NCBI GenBank assembly: GCA_964395655.1
Contig: CAYNBB010000003.1
Location: 1-62,337, forward strand
From: an uncultured Azospirillaceae bacterium
GTDB lineage: Bacteria; Pseudomonadota; Alphaproteobacteria; RF32; CAG-239
DNA: 62,337 nucleotides
Direction: 5' to 3'
Each line of letters opens with the position of its first letter. The first letter of the stretch is position 1. The translations under genes and the position numbers were made by a program. Shown here in pieces: positions 36,968-47,890 of the stretch. The notes below the pieces were generated by a model. The model was given only the letters and a program-made list of their open reading frames with translations, was not told the origin of the DNA and ran no database searches.

Positions 36968-39409
36968 ATGACCATTTCCAGATTGAAATCAAGCCAGCTG
37001 TACACCAAATGCGATCCCAAAAAATTTAAGTTTTCAAGCACGGCCGAGCTGGAAGAACGTTTGTCCGCTCTGGGGCAGGATCGCGCCTTAAGCGCCGTTG
37101 AGATCGGTATCAATATTCAATCCAAAGGTTATAATCTGTTCTGCCTCGGTCCCGAAGGCACCGGAAAAACCAGTCTGGTTAAGCGCGTTCTGCATAAAGA
37201 GGCGCAAAATCGGCCGACACCGGATGACTGGGCTTATGTTTATAATTTTGAAGAGCCTTATAAACCGTGTGCCATCAGCTTTCCGGCCGGAACAGCCGCC
37301 GAGTTTGCCAAAGACATTGACAAGCTCATTGAAAACTTGTCGGTAACGATTCCCGCAATTTCCGACAGTGACGAGTTTAAGGCCGGCATCAACATCATCC
37401 ATGAAAAATATCGGCAGTATAAGGAAAAGTACATAAAACTGCTGCAAAAGAAAGCCAAAGGCAAGAGCGTTTCGCTGTTGCACATGCCGGTCGGTCTGGT
37501 CGTTGCTCCGGTTAAAAACGGTGAAGTCTTGAGTCCCGAAGCGTTTGACGAGTTGCCCGAGGAAGAGAAAAAGCAGCTGATTGAAGATCTTAATCAGATG
37601 CAGGAGGAGATTGAGAACACTGCTTCGGATTTGCCGCAGTGGGAAGACAAACAGCGCGGCGAGATAAATGATTTGCGTGAAAAGTTCCTCAAAATGGCGG
37701 TCAAAAAGCCGATCGACGATTTGCACAACAAATACAAGGGACACAAGCATGCCAATGATTTCTTGCGCAATATACAGAAATACATTGTCAACAACAGCGA
37801 GGAATTTTTGCCGGGTCAGGATAATCCCGATACCGGAGCCGACGCTCCCGAGGATCCGCTGAGCGCGATTTTTTCGAAAATCAAACAGCCCGAGGAAGAT
37901 AAGTTTGCCAAATTCAAAGTTAACGTCATTGTCAAAAACGAGCCCGGCTCAGGCGCGCCGATTATTCATCTTGATCATCCGACGCAGGGCAATTTGGTCG
38001 GTAAAGTCGAGCGTATTCAGCAATACGGTGCATTGTTAACGGACTTTTCTTTAATCAAATCCGGCGCACTGCATCAGGCTAACGGCGGTTTTCTGCTGAT
38101 TGATGCGCGCAAATTGCTGCTTCAGCCGTTCGCCTGGGATTCTCTTAAACGCGCGTTAGCGTCAAAAACCGTCAAGATTGAGGCGCCGAGCGACGAAACG
38201 ACGTTTACCACCATTTCGCTCGATCCCGAACCGATTCCGCTCAAAGTTAAGGTTATTTTGACCGGGGACGAAGAGTTGTATGATCTTTTATCCGAGCGAG
38301 ATCCGGATTTTTCGGATTATTTTAAGGTTGAGGCCGATTTTGGCGTCATCATGGATCGTACGCCTGCCAACGAGATAGAATACGCTAAGCTCATCGGTTC
38401 TTTGTCCAAAAAGAAAAAGTTGCGTTCGCTGAACAAACAGGCTGTTGCCAAGGTGATCGAATATGCGTCCCGTCTGGCCGAAAGCTCCGAAAAGCTGACC
38501 GCACATATTTCCTCTATCGGCGATTTGCTGCGCGAAGCTGATTATTGGGCGCGCAAGTCCAAAGCCAATCAGATCGGTAAAAATCATATTGAGCAGGCCA
38601 TAGATGCACAGATATACCGCAGTGATCGTATCAAACAGGCAATGCTTGAGCAAATTGAAAAAGGCACGATTCTGATTGATGTCAACGGTGCCAAAGTCGG
38701 ACAGATCAACGGTCTGGTCGTTTATAACTTTTCGCGCACCAGCTTTGGCAAGCCTTCGCGCATTACCACGCAGGTTCGTATCGGAAAGGGCGAGTTTGTC
38801 AATATCGAGCGCGAAGTGGATATGAGCGGACCGATTCATTCCAAAGGCGTTTTGATTCTTGAGAGCCTGCTGGCCAATCGGTTTGCCAAATTTTCACCGT
38901 TGTCGCTCAGTGCTTCGATAGTTTTTGAACAGTCTTACGGCGGCGTCGACGGCGACAGCGCGTCTTCGACCGAATATTACTGTCTGTTGTCGGCAATTTC
39001 CGGCATTCCGATTAAACAGAGCATTGCCGTAACGGGTTCGATCAATCAGTTTGGGGAGGTTCAGCCGATCGGCGGCGTTAACGAAAAAATCGAAGGTTTC
39101 TTCGACGTTTGCGTTCGTCAGGGATTGACCGGCGAGCATGGCGTGGTTATTCCGCGTACCAATGTGCCGGATCTGATGTTGCGCGAAGATGTTCTGAAAG
39201 CCGTGGATGACGGAAAATTCCATATCTGGGCGGTGGATACCGTGGATGACGGCATAGAGATTCTGACCGGTCTTAAAGCCGGGGTTGCCGACAATCGCGG
39301 CGTTTATCCGAAGAAAACGGTTAACCGCGCGGTTCAGGACGGATTGGACTACCTTTACAAACGATATGTTCATTTTGCCAAAGAGACGCACGGCTGTCTC
39401 GGCAAATAA
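36968..39409 (+). CDS. Lon-related ATP-dependent protease (LonB/COG1067-like, soluble, 813 aa)
   Basis: Walker A GPEGTGKTS. The C-terminal S16 protease domain has GGVDGDSASSTEY (catalytic Ser) and GGVNEKIEGFF (Lys). Confidence 0.85.
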   Translation: MTISRLKSSQLYTKCDPKKFKFSSTAELEERLSALGQDRALSAVEIGINIQSKGYNLFCLGPEGTGKTSLVKRVLHKEAQNRPTPDDWAYVYNFEEPYKPCAISFPAGTAAEFAKDIDKLIENLSVTIPAISDSDEFKAGINIIHEKYRQYKEKYIKLLQKKAKGKSVSLLHMPVGLVVAPVKNGEVLSPEAFDELPEEEKKQLIEDLNQMQEEIENTASDLPQWEDKQRGEINDLREKFLKMAVKKPIDDLHNKYKGHKHANDFLRNIQKYIVNNSEEFLPGQDNPDTGADAPEDPLSAIFSKIKQPEEDKFAKFKVNVIVKNEPGSGAPIIHLDHPTQGNLVGKVERIQQYGALLTDFSLIKSGALHQANGGFLLIDARKLLLQPFAWDSLKRALASKTVKIEAPSDETTFTTISLDPEPIPLKVKVILTGDEELYDLLSERDPDFSDYFKVEADFGVIMDRTPANEIEYAKLIGSLSKKKKLRSLNKQAVAKVIEYASRLAESSEKLTAHISSIGDLLREADYWARKSKANQIGKNHIEQAIDAQIYRSDRIKQAMLEQIEKGTILIDVNGAKVGQINGLVVYNFSRTSFGKPSRITTQVRIGKGEFVNIEREVDMSGPIHSKGVLILESLLANRFAKFSPLSLSASIVFEQSYGGVDGDSASSTEYYCLLSAISGIPIKQSIAVTGSINQFGEVQPIGGVNEKIEGFFDVCVRQGLTGEHGVVIPRTNVPDLMLREDVLKAVDDGKFHIWAVDTVDDGIEILTGLKAGVADNRGVYPKKTVNRAVQDGLDYLYKRYVHFAKETHGCLGK

Positions 39410-39577
39410 CGGAAAAGCCCCTTGTTTGAACTGATCTGTCCCCCGGAAATTGGACAGTTTAAGAAGCTTATACATTTTCTTATATTAACACAAAATAATA
39501 TACAGCTTTTAAAAATACTTTTCCACCATTCGTCATTGTTGTCTTTTTGCGGAAATTCGCGCTGCGGTTATATGCTG

Positions 39578-40648
39578 TTATCCGCGGCCTTCAAAACTGA
39601 TTCTGGGATCAATCAGCGAATAGGTAATATCTGATACCAGTTTAAGGATAAGTCCGAGCAGCGCAAAAATGTACATCGTGCCGAAAATGACCGGGTAATC
39701 GCGCGTCATAATCGCTTCATAACCGAGCAGGCCAATACCGTTTAAAGAAAAAATTACTTCAATCAGCAATGATCCGGTAAACAGCATCTTAATCAACAAA
39801 GACGGAAAGCCGGCAATCACAATCAGCATCGCATTGCGAAAAACATGGCGGTACAAAATCTGATTTTCCGACAGGCCTTTGGCGCGCGCCGTCATTACAT
39901 ACTGCTTGTTAATTTCGTCGAGAAACGAGTTTTTTGTGAGCATGGTCAGACTGGCAAAACCGCCGATGACCATTGCCGTCACGGGAAGCGTGATGTGCCA
40001 GAAATAATCTTTGATTTTGCCGAACCATGACAGGTTTTCCCAGTCGTCGGAGGTCAGTCCGTGCAGCGGAAACCATTGCAGATACGTTCCGCCGGCAAAA
40101 AAGACGATCAGAAACACGGCAAACAAAAACACCGGAATCGCCGAGCCGAGGATAACTGCGAACGATGTCCAGACATCAAACTTTGATCCGTCGCAAACCG
40201 CTTTTTTGATGCCGAGCGGAATGGCTACCAGATAAATTATCAGCGTTGACCAAAGCCCGAGCGAAACCGAAACCGGCATTCGCTCCAGAATAAGTTTGCC
40301 GACGGTCTTGTCCTGATAAAAGCTTTTGCCGAAGTCAAAACGTGCGTAGTCGGAGACCATTTTGCCAAATCTCGCATAAGCCGGCTTGTCAAACCCGAAT
40401 TGTTTTTCGAGTTCTTTAACCAGATCTTCCGGCACGCCCTGCGCTCCCTGATATTTTGAGGTCTTGAGCAGGTCGGCGCCGGCGCCGCCGAGTTTGCCGG
40501 CGGCGTTGACGTTCATGCCCTGAAATTTGGCCAGCGTATGTTCGATCGGGCCGCCGGGCGCAAACTGGACGATTGCAAAATTAATCAGCAGGATGCCGAG
40601 CAGCGTCAGCGGAATAAGCAGGATTCTTTTTAAAATGTAATTTCTCAT
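39578..40648 (-). CDS. yejB: ABC peptide/opine-type importer permease (YejB-like)
   Basis: [34 protein letters not shown] and an EAA-like region [12 protein letters not shown]. The start at 40648 gives an ATGA overlap with the upstream gene. Confidence 0.85.
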   Translation of the reverse strand: MRNYILKRILLIPLTLLGILLINFAIVQFAPGGPIEHTLAKFQGMNVNAAGKLGGAGADLLKTSKYQGAQGVPEDLVKELEKQFGFDKPAYARFGKMVSDYARFDFGKSFYQDKTVGKLILERMPVSVSLGLWSTLIIYLVAIPLGIKKAVCDGSKFDVWTSFAVILGSAIPVFLFAVFLIVFFAGGTYLQWFPLHGLTSDDWENLSWFGKIKDYFWHITLPVTAMVIGGFASLTMLTKNSFLDEINKQYVMTARAKGLSENQILYRHVFRNAMLIVIAGFPSLLIKMLFTGSLLIEVIFSLNGIGLLGYEAIMTRDYPVIFGTMYIFALLGLILKLVSDITYSLIDPRISFEGRG

Positions 40649-42444
40649 TGCGTAGCCCACCAGGTAAAAATGTCGAAGCCGGTTTTCAGATCGGTATGCG
40701 GATGTTCGAGCTTGCCGGACCAATAGGCGACACGTTGAAAAGGGGAATACCACTGCGGAATCATATAATGTTCGTTAAGCAGCACTCTGTCGAGCGCGCG
40801 GATGCTTTCCTGATATTCGTCTTTGTCCTGCGCGGTAATCAGACGGCTGATGAGTTTGTCTGCCGTCGGATTCTTTATGCCCATGATGTTGTAGCTGCCG
40901 CGAATGTCAGCAGCGGCCGAGCCCCACATTTCGCGCTGCTCGTTGCCGGGCATCCGGCTTATCCGCAATGATAAAATTGCCATCTCAAAATCAAAACCGT
41001 CAAGCCGGTTTTTGAAAATATTTGTTTCGAGATTGCGAAAAGTCATCTTAACGCCGATTTTTTTGAGATTGTCAATAAACGGCAGCATCACGCGCGTAAA
41101 CGACGAGCCGTTGGATGAGTTGCTCAAAACCTCGATTTCGAGCGGTTCCCCGTTTTCGAGATTGGTCATTCTGCCGTCGACAAAGTCATATCCGGCTTCT
41201 TGCAGCAGTTTGACGGCGCGGCGCAGATTTTGTCTGGTTTCCTGCGGCGTTCGGTGCGACGGCAGATTCGGGGCAACGGTAAAAACGCTGTCGTCGAGTT
41301 CGTTCCGATAGCCGCGGAGAATGCTTAGCTCGCGTCCTTGCGGCAGATCGGTCGCTTCCATGCCGGTATTGGTAAAATAGCTGTAAATGCGCCGGTATTG
41401 GCTATAAAAAAGTTTTTCGTTGGCCCAGTCGAAGTTGAAGGTCAGGCCGATTGCCTCCCGCACGCGTTTGTCCCGAAATTTCTGCAGCCGCAGGTTAAAG
41501 CCGAAAAACTGCAAAGCTGCCGGATTGTTGTGCGGAATGTTTTCTCTTGCAATTTTGCCGCTTTTGACTATTTCGTTATCATAACCGCTCATCCAGATTT
41601 TCGCGATATATTCTTCGCGCGCGTCAATGCTGTCGGCAAAAAGAGCCTGCAATGTAACGGTGGTATCCTGATAATAGTCGTAACGCACCGTGTCAAAGTT
41701 GTAAAAGCCTTTGCGCGTCGGCAGATCTTTGGCCCAATAGTCGGGATTTCTTTTGAAAACGATGTATTTTCCGGGAGCGAATTTTTCCACCAGATACGGT
41801 CCGCTGCCTAATGGAACGCGCAGGACCGGTTTGGCAAAGTCCTTGCCTTTCCAGTCTTTTGCCGAGTAGATTTTGAACTGCGTCAGAATCAGCGGCAGTT
41901 CGCGGTTGCCGGAACCTTTTTTGAAATAAAAACGCACATGGTTGTCGGCAATTTTTTCGGCTTTTTCAACGTCTCCGTAATAAACGCGGTAGAGCGGAGA
42001 ACCTTTTTCAATCAGACTGTTGAAGCTGAAGATGACGTCGTCGGCCGTCACTTTGTCGCCGTTGGCAAAACGTGCCTTCTCGTCCAGGATGAAACCGATA
42101 AAAGACTTGTCATCCGGCAGCTCGAATTTTTTTGCAAGCAGCGGATAAACGCTTTCCGGATCATCCGCCGGCGAAATTCCGAGACTGTCAAGCGTCAGCT
42201 CGGCGGTTTCTGCCGAGGCAATTCCTTTAAAGATAAACGGATTGAAGTTGTCAAAACCGCCGTATGCGGGCAAAGTTACTTTGCCGCCTTTGGGCGCCTG
42301 TGGATTGACATAGTCAAAATGATCGAAACCCGAAGCGTACTTCGGAACTCTGTGCAGTGAAAACGCGTCTGTCGTTCGGACAGATTCCGCGTTTGCCGTT
42401 GTTGCAAACAGGAACCAGAAGCAGATCAGGAGCAGTTTGTTCAT
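40645..42444 (-). CDS. yejA: ABC transporter periplasmic substrate-binding protein, family 5 (YejA-like)
   Basis: Signal peptide [19 protein letters not shown]. About 600 aa, with a typical YejA/oligopeptide SBP layout. ATGA overlaps at both ends. Confidence 0.82.
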   Translation of the reverse strand: MNKLLLICFWFLFATTANAESVRTTDAFSLHRVPKYASGFDHFDYVNPQAPKGGKVTLPAYGGFDNFNPFIFKGIASAETAELTLDSLGISPADDPESVYPLLAKKFELPDDKSFIGFILDEKARFANGDKVTADDVIFSFNSLIEKGSPLYRVYYGDVEKAEKIADNHVRFYFKKGSGNRELPLILTQFKIYSAKDWKGKDFAKPVLRVPLGSGPYLVEKFAPGKYIVFKRNPDYWAKDLPTRKGFYNFDTVRYDYYQDTTVTLQALFADSIDAREEYIAKIWMSGYDNEIVKSGKIARENIPHNNPAALQFFGFNLRLQKFRDKRVREAIGLTFNFDWANEKLFYSQYRRIYSYFTNTGMEATDLPQGRELSILRGYRNELDDSVFTVAPNLPSHRTPQETRQNLRRAVKLLQEAGYDFVDGRMTNLENGEPLEIEVLSNSSNGSSFTRVMLPFIDNLKKIGVKMTFRNLETNIFKNRLDGFDFEMAILSLRISRMPGNEQREMWGSAAADIRGSYNIMGIKNPTADKLISRLITAQDKDEYQESIRALDRVLLNEHYMIPQWYSPFQRVAYWSGKLEHPHTDLKTGFDIFTWWATQ

Positions 42445-43760
42445 GAGCGTTTCTGATAGTTTTTCTCGTCTGTCCACCCGCCGAACGGATAGGCGAAATT
42501 TTCTTCCGGTGTATCGTCTTTTTTATCGTTGCGGAGATCGGCGGTAAACGGCGATGTTTCTTCGGAGTCGAATTCAGCCCATTCTTTCTTGAGACTGTCG
42601 AGTGTTTTTTGAGTGTCGGTCATAATTTCTTCCGGGATTTCAACCTGAGGCTCGGATTCTTGTTCCGAAAAGGTTATTCTCGGTGCCGGAATTTCGCCGG
42701 CGTCTTCTTCTCCGGCCGGCATCAGACGGGGCGTTTCGGGGAGCTGAAGTATTTCGTCTTCCTCTCCGAAACTTTTTTCAAGAGCCAGCGAAAACGGATC
42801 GCGTTCCTGATTTATAAGAGGTTCGGCCGACTTGTTTCTGGACAATTTGAACGATGTCAATCGGTTCAGAAAAGATTTTTTGTTGTCCGTGCCGTTTTCT
42901 TCATTTTCTTCGTTATAATCGCGGGAAGCACGCAGCGATTCGGGAACCGGTCGCGATGTGTTTGTCTTCAGGGGCTTTTTTGTCGGCGGCAGCTCTTCCG
43001 ATTCCTTTTCTTCAAAAATATGCGCGGCTTCGCGGCTGCGACGCAGTTCGTCGGAAACCGGAGCCAAAATCGAAAATACTTTGCCCATGACACCGTTTTC
43101 AATCATGTTCAAAAAGATTTTGTCACCGTCATGTTTTTCGAGCATTTTGACAACTGCTTGATAGCGGGCGCAGAATTCCATGATCGTGCCCGCAAGAATA
43201 TTGTCAAAAGAGGCTTTTTCAAAAACTTTTTTCTTAAAATTGGGCTGTGCGTTGTTTACCTCGATCAAGACTTTTCCGAATGCCCATTTTCCGCCGTTTT
43301 GTACTCTGTTCCACAGGTTTTCGATTTGCTCGGCTGAGGCAATTTTGCAATTGCGGACGATCTCTGAGAGCAGCTCGTTCATGTCGGCGATCAGCAGATC
43401 AAATTTGCTGAGGACAAAACCGTCTTTAATGTGTCCTTCGGCTTCAATCAAAACGCGCGCAAGCAAATCCGAATAATCCTGGTTTTTTTTCATTTGGCTC
43501 ATCAGCTTGCGCAACTGCAGACCGGCGCTGCGGTTGTTAAAGTACTGGTTTATGTGGCCGAATACGCTCCAAACCAGAAAAATCGGCGCACAGACCAGCA
43601 GGGCATAAAGCAGAATGTTCGCGATTCCGGCATCAAAAAACGAAATTCCCGCCAAACTGTCTTTTATAAAGCGGATTGCATAAATCAACCATAGCAGAGA
43701 GGAAAAAATTACCGTAAAGAAGGAAACAGCTAACACGGCGGAACTCCTTATGTCTATCAC
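42441..43760 (-). CDS. Hypothetical membrane protein, 439 aa, first gene of the yejAB transcription unit
   Basis: Two to three N-terminal TM helices and an acidic, low-complexity C-terminus. Its stop overlaps the yejA start. Confidence 0.45.
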   Translation of the reverse strand: MIDIRSSAVLAVSFFTVIFSSLLWLIYAIRFIKDSLAGISFFDAGIANILLYALLVCAPIFLVWSVFGHINQYFNNRSAGLQLRKLMSQMKKNQDYSDLLARVLIEAEGHIKDGFVLSKFDLLIADMNELLSEIVRNCKIASAEQIENLWNRVQNGGKWAFGKVLIEVNNAQPNFKKKVFEKASFDNILAGTIMEFCARYQAVVKMLEKHDGDKIFLNMIENGVMGKVFSILAPVSDELRRSREAAHIFEEKESEELPPTKKPLKTNTSRPVPESLRASRDYNEENEENGTDNKKSFLNRLTSFKLSRNKSAEPLINQERDPFSLALEKSFGEEDEILQLPETPRLMPAGEEDAGEIPAPRITFSEQESEPQVEIPEEIMTDTQKTLDSLKKEWAEFDSEETSPFTADLRNDKKDDTPEENFAYPFGGWTDEKNYQKRS

Positions 43761-43911
43761 AATGAATACATCCTAGCCGATAAAGTCTTTTTTTCCAATA
43801 GAAATTACGGCTTCTTGCACAAAAAGAAAAAATAAGAGTCGAATTTTGCAAAAAAACGTGCTATGCAGAAAGAAAATTTTCGCGTTAATTTAAGTAAAGA
43901 GATGATTTTAG

Positions 43912-44889
43912 ATGAATGCAAGCACAAATACGCTGATATTGGATTTTGAAAAAACGATTTTTGAAATTGAAACCAAAATCGAAAGCCTTAAATATCTGGC
44001 TCAGGATGAAAATGTCGATATTTCGCAAGAGGTTTCGCGTCTGCAGCACAAGCTCGAAAAACAAATGCGTGCCTCTTATTCCAATTTGTCGCCGTGGCAG
44101 AAATCTCAGGTTGCCCGTCATCCGGCGCGTCCGCACTGTCTTGATTATGTTCATGCTTTGATTGAAGATTTTATGCCGTTGTGCGGCGATCGTTGTTTTG
44201 CCGACGACGAGGCCATGATCGGCGGCATAGGACGTTTTCAGGGAATGTCGGTGGTCGTGCTCGGGCAGGAAAAGGGGCATGACATCGAATCCCGCGTGCG
44301 TTACAATTTCGGCATGGCCAAGCCGGAGGGATACCGCAAGGCTCAGCGTCTGATGAATCTGGCCGACAAGTTTAATCTGCCGGTAATTGCGTTTGTCGAT
44401 ACTTCCGGAGCTTTCCCGGGGGTTGAGGCTGAAGCGCGCGGTCAGGCCGAAGCGATTGCTTCGTCGATTGAAAAATGTCTTCGGATCAGCGTGCCGATTG
44501 TTTCCGTAATTATCGGCGAGGGCGGTTCCGGCGGCGCTATCGCAATTGCTACGGCCAATCGCGTCGTCATGCTTGAGCATTCAATTTACTCGGTTATTTC
44601 GCCCGAAGGTTGCGCCTCGATTCTGTGGCGTTCGGCAGATAAGGTCAAAGAGGCGACGGAGGCGCTCAAACTGACGGCTCAGGATCTGCGCCGCTTCGGT
44701 GTTATCGACGAAATCATTGCCGAGCCTGTCGGCGGAGCGCACCGCAATCCGGCGCAGACGATTGAACGTGTCGGAGAGTGTATCGCCAAACATCTGAAAG
44801 AACTCTCCGGCCAAAGCCGCGACGAAATAAAAAAACGCCGTACCGAAAAATTCCTGAGGATGGGACGTCATTTTGCAGAATCCAAGTAA
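43912..44889 (+). CDS. accA: Acetyl-CoA carboxylase carboxyltransferase alpha subunit
   Basis: LDFEKTIFEIETKIESLK, ARHPARP, the pattern GFGM..PEGYRKA.RLM and IGEGGSGGA. Confidence 0.93.
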   Translation: MNASTNTLILDFEKTIFEIETKIESLKYLAQDENVDISQEVSRLQHKLEKQMRASYSNLSPWQKSQVARHPARPHCLDYVHALIEDFMPLCGDRCFADDEAMIGGIGRFQGMSVVVLGQEKGHDIESRVRYNFGMAKPEGYRKAQRLMNLADKFNLPVIAFVDTSGAFPGVEAEARGQAEAIASSIEKCLRISVPIVSVIIGEGGSGGAIAIATANRVVMLEHSIYSVISPEGCASILWRSADKVKEATEALKLTAQDLRRFGVIDEIIAEPVGGAHRNPAQTIERVGECIAKHLKELSGQSRDEIKKRRTEKFLRMGRHFAESK

Positions 44890-46018
44890 CATATTGACGG
44901 AACATTCCCTGCTGATAATGCTGATCGTCATTATCGTTGCCGTGCTTGCCAATTTTATTTTTATCATGCTCGGCCGACGCAGTCGCAATATGGAAAATTT
45001 CGGTGATATTCTGCTACGCGGCCAGGCCGAACTGGCCGGCCGTCTGGCTCAGTTGGGCGAACACAACCAGCAGGAACAGAGTAAAATCGCTCAGGCAATT
45101 AACGAGCAGAAACTGGCCGTTCTCAAAATTATGGACGAGAAACTGCTGGCCGTTACCAAATCTGTCGGCGAGGGATTGCGCCAAAACACGGTCAAAACCT
45201 CCGAAACCCTGACAGATTTGCGCGAGCGCCTGGCTAAAATCGATGCCGCCCAGCAGAAGATTTCTTCTTTGTCGGAACAAGTCGTGTCTTTGCAGGAAGT
45301 CTTGTCCAACAAGCAGGCGCGCGGTGCGTTCGGCGAGATTCAGCTTAATGATCTGGTTAGCTCAATTCTGCCGCCCTCGGCTTATGAGTTTCAGGCCGTG
45401 TTGTCCAATACCAGACGTGCCGATTGTCTGTTGCGTTTGCCTAACCCGCCCGGCAGCATAGTCATTGACGCCAAGTTTCCCTTGGAGAGCTACAGCGCTT
45501 TGCGCGCTGCGACGGACGACCGCGGAAAGATTGAGGCCGAACGCTTTTTTCGTGCTTCTGTGCTCAAACATATCAAAGACATTTCCGAAAAATACATCAT
45601 CAGCGGCGAGACTGCGGAATCTGCGCTGATGTTTTTGCCGAGCGAGGCCGTCTATGCCGAGCTTCACGCCAATTTTACCGATGTGGTCGAAGCGTCTTAC
45701 CGCGCCAAAGTGTGGATTGTTTCTCCGACCACTCTTATGGCGACGCTTAATACCGTACGCGCCGTCCTGAAAGACGCGAAAATGCGCGAGCAGGCGGGGG
45801 TTATTCAAAAAGAGGTCGGTACGCTGATAGAAGACATTACCCGTTTGGATTCGCGTATCGACAGCCTGAGTAAACATTTCAAAATGGCCAATGAGGATGT
45901 TGACGGCATAAAAATATCTTCTGCGAAAATCGGCCGCCGCATTCAGAAGATAGAGGCGCTTGAGCTTGGCGAGGAAGCGCCGCAGCTTACCGTGGCTCAT
46001 GTTTCTAACGATGACTGA
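44873..46018 (+). CDS. rmuC: DNA recombination protein RmuC
   Basis: N-terminal TM helix, coiled coil, RGAFGEIQLNDLV, DAKFPLESY, MFLPSEAVY and VSPTTLMATLNTV. Confidence 0.88.
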   Translation: MQNPSNILTEHSLLIMLIVIIVAVLANFIFIMLGRRSRNMENFGDILLRGQAELAGRLAQLGEHNQQEQSKIAQAINEQKLAVLKIMDEKLLAVTKSVGEGLRQNTVKTSETLTDLRERLAKIDAAQQKISSLSEQVVSLQEVLSNKQARGAFGEIQLNDLVSSILPPSAYEFQAVLSNTRRADCLLRLPNPPGSIVIDAKFPLESYSALRAATDDRGKIEAERFFRASVLKHIKDISEKYIISGETAESALMFLPSEAVYAELHANFTDVVEASYRAKVWIVSPTTLMATLNTVRAVLKDAKMREQAGVIQKEVGTLIEDITRLDSRIDSLSKHFKMANEDVDGIKISSAKIGRRIQKIEALELGEEAPQLTVAHVSNDD

Positions 46019-46099
46019 TTTAAATATTGGACTTTTGGAAAAATTTACGATATTGATAAATGCAGTTGATTATAAACTAAAAAAATAATGAGGTAAAAA

Positions 46100-46378
46100 G
46101 TGACAAAATCTGAACTGATTGAAAAAATTGCTAACAAAAATCCGCATCTTATGCTCAAAGACGTTGAAAAGATCGTCAATGTGGTTTTTGAAAAAATTAC
46201 CAGCTCTTTGGCAGCCGGTGATCGCGTTGAGTTTCGCGGTTTCGGTGCTTTTTCCGTCCGCACCCGCAGTCCGCGCATTGCCAAAAATCCGCGTACCGGC
46301 GAACAGGTTAAGGTGGAAGAACGCAATATTCCTCATTTTAAGACTGGTAAACAATTGTTTGAGTTGTTAAATAAGTAA
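46100..46378 (+). CDS. ihfB: Integration host factor beta subunit
   Basis: [56 protein letters not shown]. Confidence 0.9.
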   Translation: MTKSELIEKIANKNPHLMLKDVEKIVNVVFEKITSSLAAGDRVEFRGFGAFSVRTRSPRIAKNPRTGEQVKVEERNIPHFKTGKQLFELLNK

Positions 46379-46412
46379 TTACGATTAACTTATTCCGTAA
46401 GGAGCTGCGCTC

Positions 46413-46829
46413 ATGGGTTTTATAAAAATGCTGATAGGAATTCCGGTCATTGCCGTATTGCTTGTTTTTGCTTTTGTAAACAACGATCTGGCGACATTCA
46501 GCCTGTGGCCTTTTAGCATTGAAATAACCGTTTCGTTGAGCGTTGCCGTGCTTTTCTTTGTCGTGTTGGGCTTTGTGCTCGGAAGCTTTTACTCTTGGTT
46601 GTCCTATGCACCCGTTCGCGCTTCGCTGCGTCGTCAGAAAAAGCAGAACAAGAAACTCAGCAAAGAGCAGCAAAAGCTGGTTAAAGAGGTGGAAACTCTG
46701 CAGGAAAATCTCGACAACCTCAAAGAGGTGGATGCGCAAAAGCCGAAATCAGGGTTTGGACAGCGGATTAAAAACGTTTTTGCTTCTTCCAATGCCGAAC
46801 ATTCGGAAAAGATTGAAAACAGGGGTTGA
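46413..46829 (+). CDS. LapA/DUF1049-family inner-membrane protein
   Basis: Two TM helices followed by a K/Q/E-rich coiled tail. It occupies the conserved position downstream of ihfB. Confidence 0.7.
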   Translation: MGFIKMLIGIPVIAVLLVFAFVNNDLATFSLWPFSIEITVSLSVAVLFFVVLGFVLGSFYSWLSYAPVRASLRRQKKQNKKLSKEQQKLVKEVETLQENLDNLKEVDAQKPKSGFGQRIKNVFASSNAEHSEKIENRG

Positions 46830-46832
46830 ATA

Positions 46833-47714
46833 ATGAACTGGCTGTCAGACTTTGTACGTCCTAAAATTAAAAAAATTGCCGCCAAGGATATTGCCGATAA
46901 TTTATGGACCAAATGTCCGGAATGCGGTAAAATGCTTTTTAACAAAGAACTTGAAAAAAATGATTTTATCTGCACCGGTTGCGATCATCATCTGCGTCTT
47001 CCGTTAAACAAACGTTTCGAAATGCTGTTTGACAACGGTGGCTACAAATTGATAACACTGCCCAAACTGCTGGAGGATCCTTTGAATTTCAAGGATTCTA
47101 AAAAATATGGCGAACGTTTGAGAAATTACCGCAAAAGTACCGGAAATGATGATGCCGTTAAGGTTGCTCAGGGTGAGATCGGCGGTATTACCTGTATGGT
47201 TGCGGCGTTGGACTTCGGTTTTATGGGGGGCTCAATGGGTACGGCTGTCGGCGAGGGTATCGTCAAAGCCTGCGATATTGCCGTGCGCGGCGGTTATCCG
47301 TTAATTACTGTTGCGGCCTCGGGCGGCGCCCGCATGCAGGAAGGCATTTTGTCCTTAATGCAAATGGCGCGCACCACTGCTGCCGTCAATATGGTCAAAG
47401 AAAAAGGTCTGCCTTTTATTTCTGTTCTGACAGACCCGACTACCGGCGGCGTATCGGCGTCGTTTGCCATGCTTGGCGACGTTAATATTGCCGAAAAAGG
47501 TTGTGTTATCGGTTTTGCCGGCGCTCGCGTGATTGAACAGACCATCCGCGAAAAACTGCCCGAAGGTTTTCAAAAAGCTGAATACCTCAAAGAACACGGA
47601 ATGGTGGATATTGTTGTTCGTCGGCCGGAAATGCGCGATACTCTGATCCGCGTTATCAGTATTCTGCTGCATCAAAAACCGCAGATTAACCAACTGGCGT
47701 TGGAAAGTAAATAA
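46833..47714 (+). CDS. accD: Acetyl-CoA carboxylase carboxyltransferase beta subunit
   Basis: Zinc ribbon CPECGKMLFNKEL...CTGCDHHLR. FGFMGGSMG and SGGARMQEG. Confidence 0.93.
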   Translation: MNWLSDFVRPKIKKIAAKDIADNLWTKCPECGKMLFNKELEKNDFICTGCDHHLRLPLNKRFEMLFDNGGYKLITLPKLLEDPLNFKDSKKYGERLRNYRKSTGNDDAVKVAQGEIGGITCMVAALDFGFMGGSMGTAVGEGIVKACDIAVRGGYPLITVAASGGARMQEGILSLMQMARTTAAVNMVKEKGLPFISVLTDPTTGGVSASFAMLGDVNIAEKGCVIGFAGARVIEQTIREKLPEGFQKAEYLKEHGMVDIVVRRPEMRDTLIRVISILLHQKPQINQLALESK

Positions 47715-47716
47715 TC

Positions 47717-47741
47717 AAAAGCCCTCGTGAGAGGGCTTTTT
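47717..47741 (+). terminator. Rho-independent terminator after accD
   Basis: AAAAGCCCTC-gtga-GAGGGCTTTTT. Confidence 0.8.
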
Positions 47742-47788
47742 CAGTAATTGGCTTTGTTTTTTCCAAAAGAGGTATCTGCGATAAAAAA

Positions 47789-47865
<77 letters not shown>

Positions 47866-47890
47866 GTCGTTTTGATTTATAGCCTATTGC

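Noticed and set aside
36968-39409. Lon-like protease as BrxL of a BREX system
   Set aside because: No PglX-type methyltransferase, PglZ phosphatase, or BrxA/B/C homologues are in the vicinity. The only methyltransferase in the window is about 18 kb away and of a different type.
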